A stretch of 64,000 nt of DNA from Candidatus Liptonbacteria bacterium (lineage in GTDB: Bacteria > Patescibacteriota > Minisyncoccia > UBA6257 > 2-01-FULL-56-20). Location: positions 335,702 to 399,701 of the forward strand of contig JAHFLL010000001.1 in NCBI GenBank assembly GCA_023244895.1, given 5' to 3'. The notes under the pieces are model-generated. The model was not told the origin of the DNA, made no database searches, and was given only the letters and a program-made list of their open reading frames with translations. Shown here piece by piece: positions 36,280 to 46,505 of this stretch (position 1 is its first letter; each line of letters begins with the position of its first letter). The position numbers were made by a program, and so were the translations under genes.

Positions 36280-37674
36280 ATGGAGGTGGCCGTCAAGCTG
36301 ATTAACGACGTATTGGTATTTGCCTGGGAGTTATTTACCTGGACCTGGTGGTTTTGGTTGTTTTTAATCCTGCAGGGATTAGCGGTTTCTACCTGGTTGT
36401 TCTGGCGCAGAGAATGGTATAAAAAATATGATCTGAAGAGGATCATTATGGAGATAAGAGTTCCTCGAGAAATTACCAAAAGTCCGCGGGCCATGGAGCA
36501 GGTTTTAGCGTCCATGCACTCCATGATCAACGAGGCCGGAAACTTGAGGGAGAAATGGTGGGACGGGGAGGTTGTGCGCTGGTTTACTTTAGAGATGACC
36601 AGTTTCGGTGGAGAGATACACCTCTATGTCACTATGTATCACAAATACCGCAATCTGGTGGAGGCGGCATTCTATTCCTACTATCCGGACGTGGAGCTGG
36701 AGGAGGTGGAGGATTACACCGGTCGTTTCCCGGAAAATGTCCAGGAGATGTATGCTCAGGGGTATGACATGTGGGGCACGGAAATGGTCTTAGCCAAAGA
36801 ATCATTTTACCCGATAAAGACCTATGAGGATTTCGAGTCGCCGGACGAAGATAAGCAGTACGACCCTATTTCTGCTTTCTTGGAAGTATTGAGTCAGGTT
36901 AAGCCGGAACAGATGGTGGGTATTCAGATACACATTACGCCCGTCTGGCCAAATCAGTGGAGGGGCAAATATGAGGAAAAGATTAAGGAGCTAAAAGAAA
37001 GCGCGCAGAAGGGAGGTGGAAAGGGCAATGGCAAATCCGCCAAGATGAATGTCTCCTTTGAAAATGGCCCCTTGCCCATTTTTGAAGTGCAGAAGATGGA
37101 AGAAAAGAAAAGCGATTTTGACGCTCTAAAATCCTTATCGCGTTCCCCGGGAGAGACGGAAACTCTGCGAGCGGTAGAAGAAAACTTGTCCAAACAAGCT
37201 TTTAAAACTCTGGTTAGGTTTATCTATCTTTCTCCGGTCGCGCTGTACTACGACAGTTTCGCGCGCCGCGGTTTGGCTGGCTCTTTTAATCAATACGGCA
37301 CGACGGATATGAACTTCTTTATCAGAAACGACTTGGTTTCCACCAAGGTTGATTTTTGGACTTGGGGCATACCGCGCTTTTTCCCGGCTATTCGCAGAGA
37401 ATACCGTAAGCAACGTTTGCTATACAACTATTGTAAGCGTAAGAAGCCGCTTTCCAATTTTATGGGCAGGGTAATAACTTCTCACTTTTTCAATTGGAAC
37501 TTTTCTTCCAAGGAATTTTTGATGAATACAAAATGCTTAGCGACTTTGTTCCACCCGCCCACCAGCATGGTTCTTACCGCGCCCCACATTCGCAGAGTAG
37601 AAAGTCGCAAAGCTGGACCTCCCGCTGGGTTGGCTATTTTCGGGGACGAAGACGAATTGGAAAAGTTTTTGTAA
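36280..37674 (+). CDS. Hypothetical membrane protein (N-terminal Trp-rich TM hairpin), first gene of the T4CP-like ATPase locus
   Basis: FTWTWWFWLFLILQGLAVSTWLFW; TAAAAT 7 nt before the ATG. Confidence 0.5.
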   Translation: MEVAVKLINDVLVFAWELFTWTWWFWLFLILQGLAVSTWLFWRREWYKKYDLKRIIMEIRVPREITKSPRAMEQVLASMHSMINEAGNLREKWWDGEVVRWFTLEMTSFGGEIHLYVTMYHKYRNLVEAAFYSYYPDVELEEVEDYTGRFPENVQEMYAQGYDMWGTEMVLAKESFYPIKTYEDFESPDEDKQYDPISAFLEVLSQVKPEQMVGIQIHITPVWPNQWRGKYEEKIKELKESAQKGGGKGNGKSAKMNVSFENGPLPIFEVQKMEEKKSDFDALKSLSRSPGETETLRAVEENLSKQAFKTLVRFIYLSPVALYYDSFARRGLAGSFNQYGTTDMNFFIRNDLVSTKVDFWTWGIPRFFPAIRREYRKQRLLYNYCKRKKPLSNFMGRVITSHFFNWNFSSKEFLMNTKCLATLFHPPTSMVLTAPHIRRVESRKAGPPAGLAIFGDEDELEKFL

Positions 37675-37680
37675 ATAAAT

Positions 37681-38235
37681 ATGTTTACCGTAGCTACCTC
37701 CACAACTTTAATACAAAAGACCATAGCTTTTCTAAGGGACCTGCCCGGTTGGGAGTATTTGCATCCCGCTTATAACTTTTTGAAGGTCGTATTTATTATT
37801 TTGGACATTCTTCTATTCGGCATATTCGTCTTTGCTTTCTATAAATCGTTAGAATATAGACCTCATCTGGAGCTGACTCGCAAGCCCAGATCGGGATCTA
37901 AAACTTTACGTCTAGATTTAATAGAGAGCCGTTGGAAGAAAATTATGCAACGCAAGAAAGAGGGAAACCTGGATTCTTTGCGGATTGCCATTATAGAGGC
38001 GGACTCTTTAGTGGATGACGTTCTAAAGCAGAAGGGAGTCCCGGGAGAGCATATGGCAGATCGCTTGTCCAATCTGGATACATCCGACTTGCCATCCATC
38101 GAAAAGCTATGGGCCGCGCATCGTTTGCGCAACGATCTGGTGCACACCTCCGGCTTTTTCGTTTCTCCCGACAACGCCTCCACCACCCTGGAAAGTTATC
38201 ATGTTTTTCTGAAGGAGTTGGGCGCTCTGAACTAA
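37681..38235 (+). CDS. Hypothetical single-TM protein
   Basis: ORF, 6 nt after the previous gene. Confidence 0.4.
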   Translation: MFTVATSTTLIQKTIAFLRDLPGWEYLHPAYNFLKVVFIILDILLFGIFVFAFYKSLEYRPHLELTRKPRSGSKTLRLDLIESRWKKIMQRKKEGNLDSLRIAIIEADSLVDDVLKQKGVPGEHMADRLSNLDTSDLPSIEKLWAAHRLRNDLVHTSGFFVSPDNASTTLESYHVFLKELGALN

Positions 38236-38239
38236 AAAT

Positions 38240-39682
38240 ATGGCCAGAACAAATAAGGTTCAAATAATTAAATACGCTCCGCCTCCTGCGGAACTGCCGA
38301 TGTATGGTCAGGTTAGCCCCAAAGACGCTTCTTTTATTGGTCGTACGAATTATGTCGCCGCGCTGGAGGAAAAGAAATTTATTTTTGGCATAAAGCGGGT
38401 GGACCGTCGTCGGCACCTATACATTATCGGCAAAAGCGGGGTAGGCAAGTCCAAGCTACTGGAACTTCTAATCAGGCAGGATATTGCCTTCGGTCACGGC
38501 GTGTGCCTAATAGATCCGCACGGAGAGACAATTGACGCGGTTTTGGATGCAGTTCCGGAGAATAGAGTGGACGACGTGGTTATTATTGACCCCTCCGATA
38601 TCAATTATCCCGCCTCCTTTAATCCTCTGGCCAATATAGATATGAATTTCAAGCACCAACTTACTCAGGGCTTGATCGAGGTTATGGAGAAACAATTCGG
38701 CGCTAACTGGACTCCGCGCTTGGAACACGTTTTCCGCTTTACCTGTCTCGCGCTCTTGGACTACCCCCATGCCACTATGCGCGGCATGATTTCAATGCTG
38801 ACCGACCGCAACTACCGCCAGAAAGTGGTGGAATATATAGAAGACGATATGGTCAAACGTTTCTGGGCGATTGAATTCGCGGATTGGTCGGAGAAGTTTG
38901 ATACCGACGCCATTATCCCCTTGGTTAACAAGTTGGGTCAGTTTTTGTCCGATCCTATGTTGCGTAATATTTTTGGACAGAAGGAAAATAAAATTGATTT
39001 GGAGAAATTAATGAACTCCAAAAAACTCATTTTTATCAACCTGTCTAAGGGTAAAATAGGCGAAGAGAATTCCAGTTTTTTCGGTTCCATGTTTATTACC
39101 AAGATTAAACAGGCCGGTATGGCGCGCGCCAATATTCCAGACTCGGAACGTCATGATTTTTACCTGTACGTAGATGAGTTCCATAATTTAGTTACGGAGA
39201 CGTTTGAAAATATTTTATCCGAAGCCAGAAAATACGGTCTATGTATGACTTTCGCGCATCAATACGTGGGTCAGCTTATCCCGCGCGTGGCCGCGGCTGT
39301 TTTGGGCAACGTGGGCAGTATGATTACTTTTCGCGTGGGTGGAGACGACGCGGTTAAGCTTAAACCGGAGTTTGAGCCTATTTTTGACGTAAAAGATATG
39401 ATTAACCTAGGAGTGGGCGAGTTTTATATTAAGATGACGATTGACGGAGAGTCTTACGATCCTTTTTCCGCAAGCACCCTCAGGGTTATGCCCATGCCCT
39501 ACAAGTCCAATAAAGAAAAGATATATGAATCCTCCCGTCGTAAATATGCCATATCCGCGGACGCGGCCAAGAAGCTTATCGCGGAAGAGGAGGCAACCAT
39601 ATTCCGTAGCGCCCAAGAGAAAGCTATAATTGAGGGCAAGAAGGGCGCTCCGCCTCCGTCTAACCCCGAGCCTTTAATCTAA
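38240..39682 (+). CDS. TraD/TrwB/VirD4-like (type IV coupling-protein-like) P-loop ATPase lacking a TM domain
   Basis: Walker A YIIGKSGVGKS followed by LIDPHGE (compare TraD GTTGSGKS...IVDPNGD); Walker B FYLYVDEF. Confidence 0.65.
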   Translation: MARTNKVQIIKYAPPPAELPMYGQVSPKDASFIGRTNYVAALEEKKFIFGIKRVDRRRHLYIIGKSGVGKSKLLELLIRQDIAFGHGVCLIDPHGETIDAVLDAVPENRVDDVVIIDPSDINYPASFNPLANIDMNFKHQLTQGLIEVMEKQFGANWTPRLEHVFRFTCLALLDYPHATMRGMISMLTDRNYRQKVVEYIEDDMVKRFWAIEFADWSEKFDTDAIIPLVNKLGQFLSDPMLRNIFGQKENKIDLEKLMNSKKLIFINLSKGKIGEENSSFFGSMFITKIKQAGMARANIPDSERHDFYLYVDEFHNLVTETFENILSEARKYGLCMTFAHQYVGQLIPRVAAAVLGNVGSMITFRVGGDDAVKLKPEFEPIFDVKDMINLGVGEFYIKMTIDGESYDPFSASTLRVMPMPYKSNKEKIYESSRRKYAISADAAKKLIAEEEATIFRSAQEKAIIEGKKGAPPPSNPEPLI

Positions 39683-39705
39683 AGGTCGTAATAAAGAAAA
39701 CCAAC

Positions 39706-40011
39706 ATGGTATTTATATATACCACCTGCCTGGACCAAGATTCGGCAGGGGGAGTTTGCCAGGCAATCATGGACCGTCGTCTGGCTTTTTCGGTGCACGT
39801 TACTCCGGTGGAATCAATCCACATTACGAGCGATAGCTACGAGAAAAGGCCGGAATATTCTATCCTGATAAAGACCAATGAGACCAAGATGCAGGATATT
39901 GAAGACGAAATAGTGGCGCACTCCAATGATCCCAACCCTTTTATCGGGGTAGTTGACATTCGTCGATTAAACCACGATTATAAAGAGCGGGTTTCCCACC
40001 TAATTCAATAA
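39706..40011 (+). CDS. cutA: CutA1 divalent-cation tolerance protein homologue
   Basis: VFIYTTCLDQDSAGGVCQAIMDRRLAFSVHVTPVESIH matches the CutA N-terminal consensus. Confidence 0.6.
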   Translation: MVFIYTTCLDQDSAGGVCQAIMDRRLAFSVHVTPVESIHITSDSYEKRPEYSILIKTNETKMQDIEDEIVAHSNDPNPFIGVVDIRRLNHDYKERVSHLIQ

Positions 40012-40020
40012 AGCGGAATC

Positions 40021-40188
40021 ATGCTGTATTACATCTTAGGTGCCGTACTGGCAATAATAGCGATTATTCTGGTGGTGGCCGTGATTAAGGCCTGCATTTA
40101 TCATCAGGAGATAAAACATCTCAAAAAAACAATCTACAGTTTGTCTGGAGACGAAGAGACCGAGCACTACGACAAGTCTGGTGGTTGA
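40021..40188 (+). CDS. Possible 55-aa single-TM miniprotein (below the ORF-track size cutoff)
   Basis: ATG..TGA read manually; MLYYILGAVLAIIAIILVVAVIK... Confidence 0.2.
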   Translation: MLYYILGAVLAIIAIILVVAVIKACIYHQEIKHLKKTIYSLSGDEETEHYDKSGG

Positions 40189-40241
40189 TAACAAACTTGG
40201 AATAATTCAGTTTTGGTGGTTTTTGTTTTATAATCTAACAG

Positions 40242-42098
40242 ATGGGAGCTGATCCCGATCGAGACGTAATTTATTTTGGTAAGACCGACTTCCGCGACAA
40301 GCAGCGGCTTTTTGGTATAAAAAGAAAAGACCGCCGCCAGCACGTTTATATCATAGGTAAAACCGGTACCGGCAAAAGTGCTTTAGAGCACAATATGATT
40401 ATTCAGGACATCGTAAACGGGGAGGGCGTGTGCGTGGTGGATCCGCACGGAGAGCTGGTGGAAGGCGTCTTGCATATGATTCCCACGGAACGTAAGGATG
40501 ACGTGATCTATTTCAATCCTGCGGACGTGGATTTTAATATAGGTTTTAATATTTTGGATTTACCCGACCCTAAATATAAGCATTTAGTCGCGTCCGGCTT
40601 GATGGGTATTTTTACCAAAATATGGGCGGGAGTCTGGTCCGCCAGAATGGAATACATTTTAAACAACGCTATTTTGGCGCTCTTAGACAACCCGGGCACA
40701 ACACTCCTCGGCGTAACGCGCATATTGGTGGACAAAGACTATCGCCAGCGAATTATCGCGAACGTGGACGATCCGGTGGTTAAGGCTTTTTGGATCAACG
40801 AATTTGAGCAATGGAAAGACCAGTTCCGCAATGAAGCCATAGCTCCTATTCAAAACAAGGTAGGTCAGTTTCTGTCTACCGGACTCATCCGTAATATTGT
40901 CGGTCAGTCCAAGAGCACGCTGGATATATTTAAGGCCATGAACGAGGGCAAAATTCTTTTAGTTAATGTCTCAAAAGGTAGGATCGGAGAGGATAACTCT
41001 TCTTTGCTGGGCGCTATGATCATTACTAAAATACAGCTGGCGGCAATGGAAAGAGTTCGTATCCCGGAAGATGAGCGCGTGGATTTTTATCTTTATGTAG
41101 ACGAATTCCAAAATTTCGTGACGGACGCTTTCGCGAGCATTCTTTCGGAAGCGCGCAAGTATCGCCTTAATTTGATTATGGCGCACCAATACATCGGACA
41201 ATTGGTCACCGATCAGTCTACCGCAGTGCGCGACGCGGTTTTCGGCAACGTCGGGACCATGATAGCCTTCCGAGTAGGCGCGGCCGACGCGGAATTTTTG
41301 GAACAGGAGTTTGAGCCGGAATTCGTGATCCAGGATTTGGTTAATCTTCCCAACTATCGTATCTATCTGCGCATGATGGTGGGCGGCATAAGCAGCCGGC
41401 CATTTTCCGCCGCGACCCTTCCGCCTTTTATGCCCCGGCATGGTTCTAACCTGCAGGAGATTATAAATGCTTCCCGCGCGAGATACGCCCGTCCGCGGGA
41501 AATCGTGGAAGAAGAAATAAAGTCTTGGGCCAGTTCCATGACCCAATCCATGCTTTCCGCGTCCGACGATGACAGCACAGGAGCCTTTGAGGGAACCTGT
41601 TCCGTGTGTGGTAAGAAAATCAGGTTGCCGTTTGAGCCGACCCCGGGGCGGCCGGTTTACTGCAAAGCAGACCTGGCTAAAATCAAGAGCGGAGAAATAT
41701 CTCCTCCCTCCCGCGCCAAGGCGCAGAGAGGGGAAAACCAAGAAGAAGTTGCCTCCGACCATTATGCCGCTCTGGCGGGTCTGGGTATTGAATTTCCTCC
41801 GGAAGAAGTTAAAAGTAAAATTAAAGAAAGACCGGCGGAGAGAAGGCCCGTGGAGCAAGGCAGGGAGAGGAGGGTTGTGCCCTCCGCGCCTCCCCGAAAA
41901 GAGGAATCGCCTCGCAGGCCGGAGCCGCCTCGCAAAGAAGAGCCGGTCAAGACCTTAGGCCTGTCGGAATTGGTGCCTCAAGACAAGAAGCCCAAACCTC
42001 ACAACGAGAAAAAAGATCAGGCGGAAGTAAACGTGGAAGAGTTAAGACAGGCCATTGCCGCATCTCTGATGCAAGCGAACGAAAATGAAAAAGAATAA
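40242..42098 (+). CDS. Second TraD/VirD4-like coupling-protein-like ATPase, with a Lys/Glu/Pro-rich C-terminal tail containing a zinc-ribbon-like motif
   Basis: YIIGKTGTGKS...VVDPHGE, YLYVDEF. Tail CSVCGKKIRLPFEPTPGRPVYC. Paralogue of 38240..39682. Confidence 0.65.
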   Translation: MGADPDRDVIYFGKTDFRDKQRLFGIKRKDRRQHVYIIGKTGTGKSALEHNMIIQDIVNGEGVCVVDPHGELVEGVLHMIPTERKDDVIYFNPADVDFNIGFNILDLPDPKYKHLVASGLMGIFTKIWAGVWSARMEYILNNAILALLDNPGTTLLGVTRILVDKDYRQRIIANVDDPVVKAFWINEFEQWKDQFRNEAIAPIQNKVGQFLSTGLIRNIVGQSKSTLDIFKAMNEGKILLVNVSKGRIGEDNSSLLGAMIITKIQLAAMERVRIPEDERVDFYLYVDEFQNFVTDAFASILSEARKYRLNLIMAHQYIGQLVTDQSTAVRDAVFGNVGTMIAFRVGAADAEFLEQEFEPEFVIQDLVNLPNYRIYLRMMVGGISSRPFSAATLPPFMPRHGSNLQEIINASRARYARPREIVEEEIKSWASSMTQSMLSASDDDSTGAFEGTCSVCGKKIRLPFEPTPGRPVYCKADLAKIKSGEISPPSRAKAQRGENQEEVASDHYAALAGLGIEFPPEEVKSKIKERPAERRPVEQGRERRVVPSAPPRKEESPRRPEPPRKEEPVKTLGLSELVPQDKKPKPHNEKKDQAEVNVEELRQAIAASLMQANENEKE

Positions 42099-42741
42099 AA
42101 AAATCAGGTTTGATTTCTTGACCGTTTTTCCGAACATCTTGGATTCATATTGGCAGGAGTCTTTGTGGAAGCGGGCTATGGCGCGAGGGATTATTGAGGT
42201 TAATTTTCATAATCTACGGGACTACTCTTTGGAGAAGCATCGTAAGGTGGATGACCGCCCTTTTGGTGGGGGACCGGGTATGGTTTTGCAGATAGAGCCT
42301 ATCTATCGCGCGCTTAAGAAAATAAACGCGCGCAAAAAAGGGCGCGTTATTCTTCTTTCCGCCCGGGGTAAAAAATTCAGCCAAAAAGATGCCTTGCGCC
42401 TATCCAAGTACGATCAGATTATATTTTTATGCGGACGCTACGAAGGCGTAGACGAAAGAGTTGCGCTCAATATAGCGGACGAAGAAATATCCGTTGGCGA
42501 TTATGTTCTAAGCGGAGGAGAGCTGCCGGCGATGGTTATCGCGGAAGCGGTGGCGCGTCACCGAGAAGGGTTCTTGGGCAAGGCGGAATCACTGGAAGAA
42601 GTTAATGGTTCTTTTGCGACCTACACCCGTCCGCCTGTCTTCTATCCGGAAAAGAACAACAAAAGGAGGTCCTGGCGGGTTCCTAAAGTTCTTCTGGGCG
42701 GAAACCATAAAGAAATTGAGACATGGCGGCGGCGCGCTTAG
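42085..42741 (+). CDS. trmD: tRNA (guanine37-N1)-methyltransferase TrmD
   Basis: DDRPFGGGPGMVL signature. Confidence 0.9.
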   Translation: MKKNKKIRFDFLTVFPNILDSYWQESLWKRAMARGIIEVNFHNLRDYSLEKHRKVDDRPFGGGPGMVLQIEPIYRALKKINARKKGRVILLSARGKKFSQKDALRLSKYDQIIFLCGRYEGVDERVALNIADEEISVGDYVLSGGELPAMVIAEAVARHREGFLGKAESLEEVNGSFATYTRPPVFYPEKNNKRRSWRVPKVLLGGNHKEIETWRRRA

Positions 42742-44123
42742 CACCTATCGCGGGCGGAGCTTTTATTTTAGGAGTGATCGCGGCCAATCTTGATTGGTCT
42801 TTATTTTTTTTAATAGTTCTAATTTTTGGGAGCTTAGTTCCATTGAGGCTTAAAAGCCGAACGGAATATTCCTCAATAATATTTTCCGCTTTCTGTCTGC
42901 TCGGATTTGTTTATGCCCTCGTTTTCTCCAATTGGTTGGTAACGAGTCGTATTCTGCCGGAGGGGGTTATTTCCGGGAAGATAATTTCGGACCCGGAAGA
43001 TTCCGAACGCTACAGCTATTTCGTAGTTAATTTGGATTCTCCCGGGAAAGGGGTGGTAAGAGCGCGCGCCGATTCTATAAATGATCTGCGCTATGGAGAT
43101 AGATTCTCCGCGCGGGGCGATTGGCGTTGGAGCGGAAACAAAAAGGAGACGCCCTTATTTCTATCGAAAGAGATTAAAGTTTTAGACCAGGAGCCGGAAT
43201 TCAGTCTCAAAGGGGAGCTGTACTCTTTCAAGAATCGCTTAACGGATAAATTCCGTAAATATCTCGGTAGAGACGCGTCTGCTCTAGCGGCAGGCATAAC
43301 TCTGGGCGACACCTCCGGCTTTTCCTATGAGCTGAAAGAAGATATGAAAAAGAGCGGCACTACGCACTTGGTCGCGCTTTCGGGTTACAATATAAGCTTG
43401 GTGGTAACTTTAATCTCTTATTTATTCGGCCTATGGCTCAGCCGGAGCAAATCTTTTTGGTTGACCGTCCTCTCCATCCTGATATTCACGGTTATGACCG
43501 GAGCGGCTAGTTCCGTTTCACGCGCCGCCATTATGGGAGTGCTCGTGCTTCTAGCTGGTAAAGTGGGACGCTTTTATGATCCCGAAAGAGCTATAATTTT
43601 CGCGGCGGGGACGATGTTGTTATTCAATCCGCTCCTATTTAAAAATGATCTTGGATTTACTCTTTCCTTTCTGAGTTTCGCGGGTATGGCGTATTTGGAG
43701 CCTATCTTTAAGCGTTTCTTAGGCTGGGATAAACTGGAGCGAATCTCCGGTTGGCGGGAAAACTTCTTGCACACGCTTTCCGCTCAAGCCGCGGTTTTGC
43801 CGTTGCTGATGCTATATTTAGGCTCCTTTTCGCTGACGTCCATACTGGCTAATATTTTAGTCCTGAGCGTTACCCCTCTCGCCATGCTCCTGGGCTTTAT
43901 GTCCCTTTTCGCGGGCTTAGCCTTTGAATTCTTGGGGCAGCTGCTCGCCTGGCTGCTCGCTCCAATCCTGATCTATCAACTCGCAATTATCAGAATATTT
44001 TCGGCATGGAGCGTGCCCATGGATTATCTGAATTTGTTTGGTCCCTGGCCGATATATATTTTTTCACTTGGATTGGTCTGGCTGGTGATTAGAGATAAAA
44101 TACTTAAAAAGAATCATGCCTAA
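42723..44123 (+). CDS. comEC: ComEC/Rec2 DNA-internalisation channel (competence domain only)
   Basis: GTTHLVALSGYNISLVV and multi-TM topology. Confidence 0.8.
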   Translation: MAAARLAPIAGGAFILGVIAANLDWSLFFLIVLIFGSLVPLRLKSRTEYSSIIFSAFCLLGFVYALVFSNWLVTSRILPEGVISGKIISDPEDSERYSYFVVNLDSPGKGVVRARADSINDLRYGDRFSARGDWRWSGNKKETPLFLSKEIKVLDQEPEFSLKGELYSFKNRLTDKFRKYLGRDASALAAGITLGDTSGFSYELKEDMKKSGTTHLVALSGYNISLVVTLISYLFGLWLSRSKSFWLTVLSILIFTVMTGAASSVSRAAIMGVLVLLAGKVGRFYDPERAIIFAAGTMLLFNPLLFKNDLGFTLSFLSFAGMAYLEPIFKRFLGWDKLERISGWRENFLHTLSAQAAVLPLLMLYLGSFSLTSILANILVLSVTPLAMLLGFMSLFAGLAFEFLGQLLAWLLAPILIYQLAIIRIFSAWSVPMDYLNLFGPWPIYIFSLGLVWLVIRDKILKKNHA

Positions 44124-44985
44124 TAGCTCGTCTCGCAAAAGGTTATTTTACGCGATAACGCTCCTCGTCATTTTCAATTTGTTTATCTGGTTAAAAGTTA
44201 TTTACGGCGCGGGCGTTTTGCCGGCGGAGATATTTTTCTTGGATGTCGGACAGGGAGACGCAAGTTTAATAAAACTTAAGGGCGGACACAAAATATTGAT
44301 AGACGGAGGTCCCGACCCGGGGCTGGTGGGTAAGCTGGACGAGGCTGTGGGGCAAGAACATAAATACTTGGATCTCGTAGCGGTTAGCCATCCCCAGAGA
44401 GATCATTTTGCCGGTCTAAATTATCTGCTGGATTATTATGATGTAGGAGCCTTCTTGTATTCCGGTCGTGATCCGCTGGAAAGCGAGACGGAGTGGCAAG
44501 CTCTCAAGGCAAAACTGCGAGAGAAGAACGTTCCCATATTAGCCCTGCGCCAGAGAGATTCTATAAAGATCGGTTCGGATAGTATAGATGTCCTTTCTCC
44601 CAGTTTGGAATTTTGGCAGAGCGGAGAGTTAAATGACACCAGCTTGGTCTTATGGCTTAAAACAGAGGGTGCGAAGGCTTTGTTTGTGGGCGACATAGGG
44701 GAGTCGGTGGAACGAGCAATTTTGTCTCAAAGCGGTGTTTCCGCGGATATCCTTAAGATTGGGCACCATGGCTCCAAATATTCCAGCAGTCCCATATTCT
44801 TATCTCAAATAAAACCGCTAGTGAGTATTATCTCGGTTGGAGCGCGCAATAACTATGGACACCCCTCTCCGTTGGTCATAGACAGACTAAAAAACGAAGA
44901 AAGTAGCATTTTCCGAACAGATCAGAATGGAACCATTCGGATTAACTTGGGAGAAAATAGGTTGCGAGTGTTCACGGAAAGATAA
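44116..44985 (+). CDS. ComEC-associated metallo-beta-lactamase-fold domain protein (split from comEC)
   Basis: FLDVGQGDASLI...VAVSHPQRDHFAGL MBL motifs; overlaps the comEC stop. Confidence 0.75.
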   Translation: MPNSSSRKRLFYAITLLVIFNLFIWLKVIYGAGVLPAEIFFLDVGQGDASLIKLKGGHKILIDGGPDPGLVGKLDEAVGQEHKYLDLVAVSHPQRDHFAGLNYLLDYYDVGAFLYSGRDPLESETEWQALKAKLREKNVPILALRQRDSIKIGSDSIDVLSPSLEFWQSGELNDTSLVLWLKTEGAKALFVGDIGESVERAILSQSGVSADILKIGHHGSKYSSSPIFLSQIKPLVSIISVGARNNYGHPSPLVIDRLKNEESSIFRTDQNGTIRINLGENRLRVFTER

Positions 44986-45007
44986 GAGGGTAGTATAATG
45001 GTGGGGT

Positions 45008-46504
45008 ATGACTACGCTCGTAAAAAATATCCAGCTGTTGCGGGGCGATGGCTCTCCGGCGGAAAGAAAAGATGTTTTGATAAGCGGTCAGAAAATATCT
45101 GCCATAGGTAATTTTTCCGACAAAATCGCCATAAATGTGTATGACGGACAGAATTCCTATCTCTCTCCGGGCTGGATAGATTTTCATAGCGAAATAGACC
45201 ACCAAGCGATACTTCAAAACAACACCCACCACTCTGAAATATTGAAGCAGGGCGTAACTACGGTAATCGGAGGGCAGGATGGAGTCTCTCTCGCGCCCGC
45301 GACTCTTGCGAGCTTAAAATATTTTAGAAATTACGGCGGGCAGGGTCACGGCGTAAGTTGGCGTACCTTTAGCGAGTTTTTGGCGTATCAGGAAAAGAAT
45401 AAGCTGGCTATTAATTTTGGCAGTTTGGTGGGGTATTCAACACTGCGCGCGATAGCCTGCGGGGGGCATCATGTTCAGTGCACCAACTCCCGTATGAATA
45501 ATCTGAGCACTCTTCTCCAGGATTCTTTGTCTGCCGGAGCGCTTGGACTCTCGATGGATATCAATATGGCCCACAATGCATCCGCTTTTTTGAAAGAAGT
45601 AGAGAGGTTGGCTCCCATCCTCGCGAAAAGAAAAAAAATACTAGTATTGGACTTATCGCAAGGATCGTTTCGCAACAGAACCGAGTTGATGGGCTGGCTA
45701 TCTAATATTAATTGCCGGGTAGTTTTAGACAATTTTCTTACGCTTCCCGGCAAGGAAGAATCTTTTGTGGAAGAAGTATCCAAGCTGGAGAATGTTTATC
45801 TAGAATACCCCAGCGGTTCTCAAGACATACCTATCTTTAAATTTTTTCCGGAATGGTTTTTACAGAACCCAGACTTCGGCTGGAAGTCGCTTGCGGACCC
45901 GTGGGTAAAAAACAGAGTTTTGAAAGATATGCCTACTGTTTCCGGCAAAGATCTTCGGGTGGCCCGCACCCGACATAGTCCGGCTATTTTAGGGCTCACC
46001 ATATCGGAGTACGCGAAGCATTGTGATTTTAAGAATACAAAGGAGGCATTGGTTTTTTTGGCCTGTTCTACTTATGGGCAGACTACTCTGTCCAGGGCGT
46101 ATCGTAAGACGTATCCTCATTGGCTGGAGTTGCCTCGGGTGTTGTTTAGCGGACAATCAGCGCGAGCGAATGTGGAAAGTAGGGAGCATCCGGGTGCCTG
46201 GGCTGGCGAGCGTTCGGTGTCCGACTTCTTGGCGACCCTTATAAACGGTAAGGTCTTAAAACTTCCGGAGGCCATCAAAAAGATGACCGCCCTTCCGGCA
46301 GAGTTAATGAATTTACCCAGCCGAGGGGAGATAAAAGAAGGCAATCCAGCGGATTTAACTATCTTTGAAGTCCAGCCCGGTGCGCGGCACAAAGACAAAA
46401 TGGCGATTCGGTCCGTATTCGTGAATGGCGCCTTGGCCTGGGATAGACAGCTGGGGGTTGTTGATTCCAGTCGAGGCTTAATAGTTAGATCTAACCGCAA
46501 CTAA
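45008..46504 (+). CDS. Metal-dependent amidohydrolase (D-aminoacylase-like)
   Basis: N-terminal ...SPGWIDFHSEIDH and a length of about 500 aa. Confidence 0.5.
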   Translation: MTTLVKNIQLLRGDGSPAERKDVLISGQKISAIGNFSDKIAINVYDGQNSYLSPGWIDFHSEIDHQAILQNNTHHSEILKQGVTTVIGGQDGVSLAPATLASLKYFRNYGGQGHGVSWRTFSEFLAYQEKNKLAINFGSLVGYSTLRAIACGGHHVQCTNSRMNNLSTLLQDSLSAGALGLSMDINMAHNASAFLKEVERLAPILAKRKKILVLDLSQGSFRNRTELMGWLSNINCRVVLDNFLTLPGKEESFVEEVSKLENVYLEYPSGSQDIPIFKFFPEWFLQNPDFGWKSLADPWVKNRVLKDMPTVSGKDLRVARTRHSPAILGLTISEYAKHCDFKNTKEALVFLACSTYGQTTLSRAYRKTYPHWLELPRVLFSGQSARANVESREHPGAWAGERSVSDFLATLINGKVLKLPEAIKKMTALPAELMNLPSRGEIKEGNPADLTIFEVQPGARHKDKMAIRSVFVNGALAWDRQLGVVDSSRGLIVRSNRN

Positions 46505-46505
46505 G

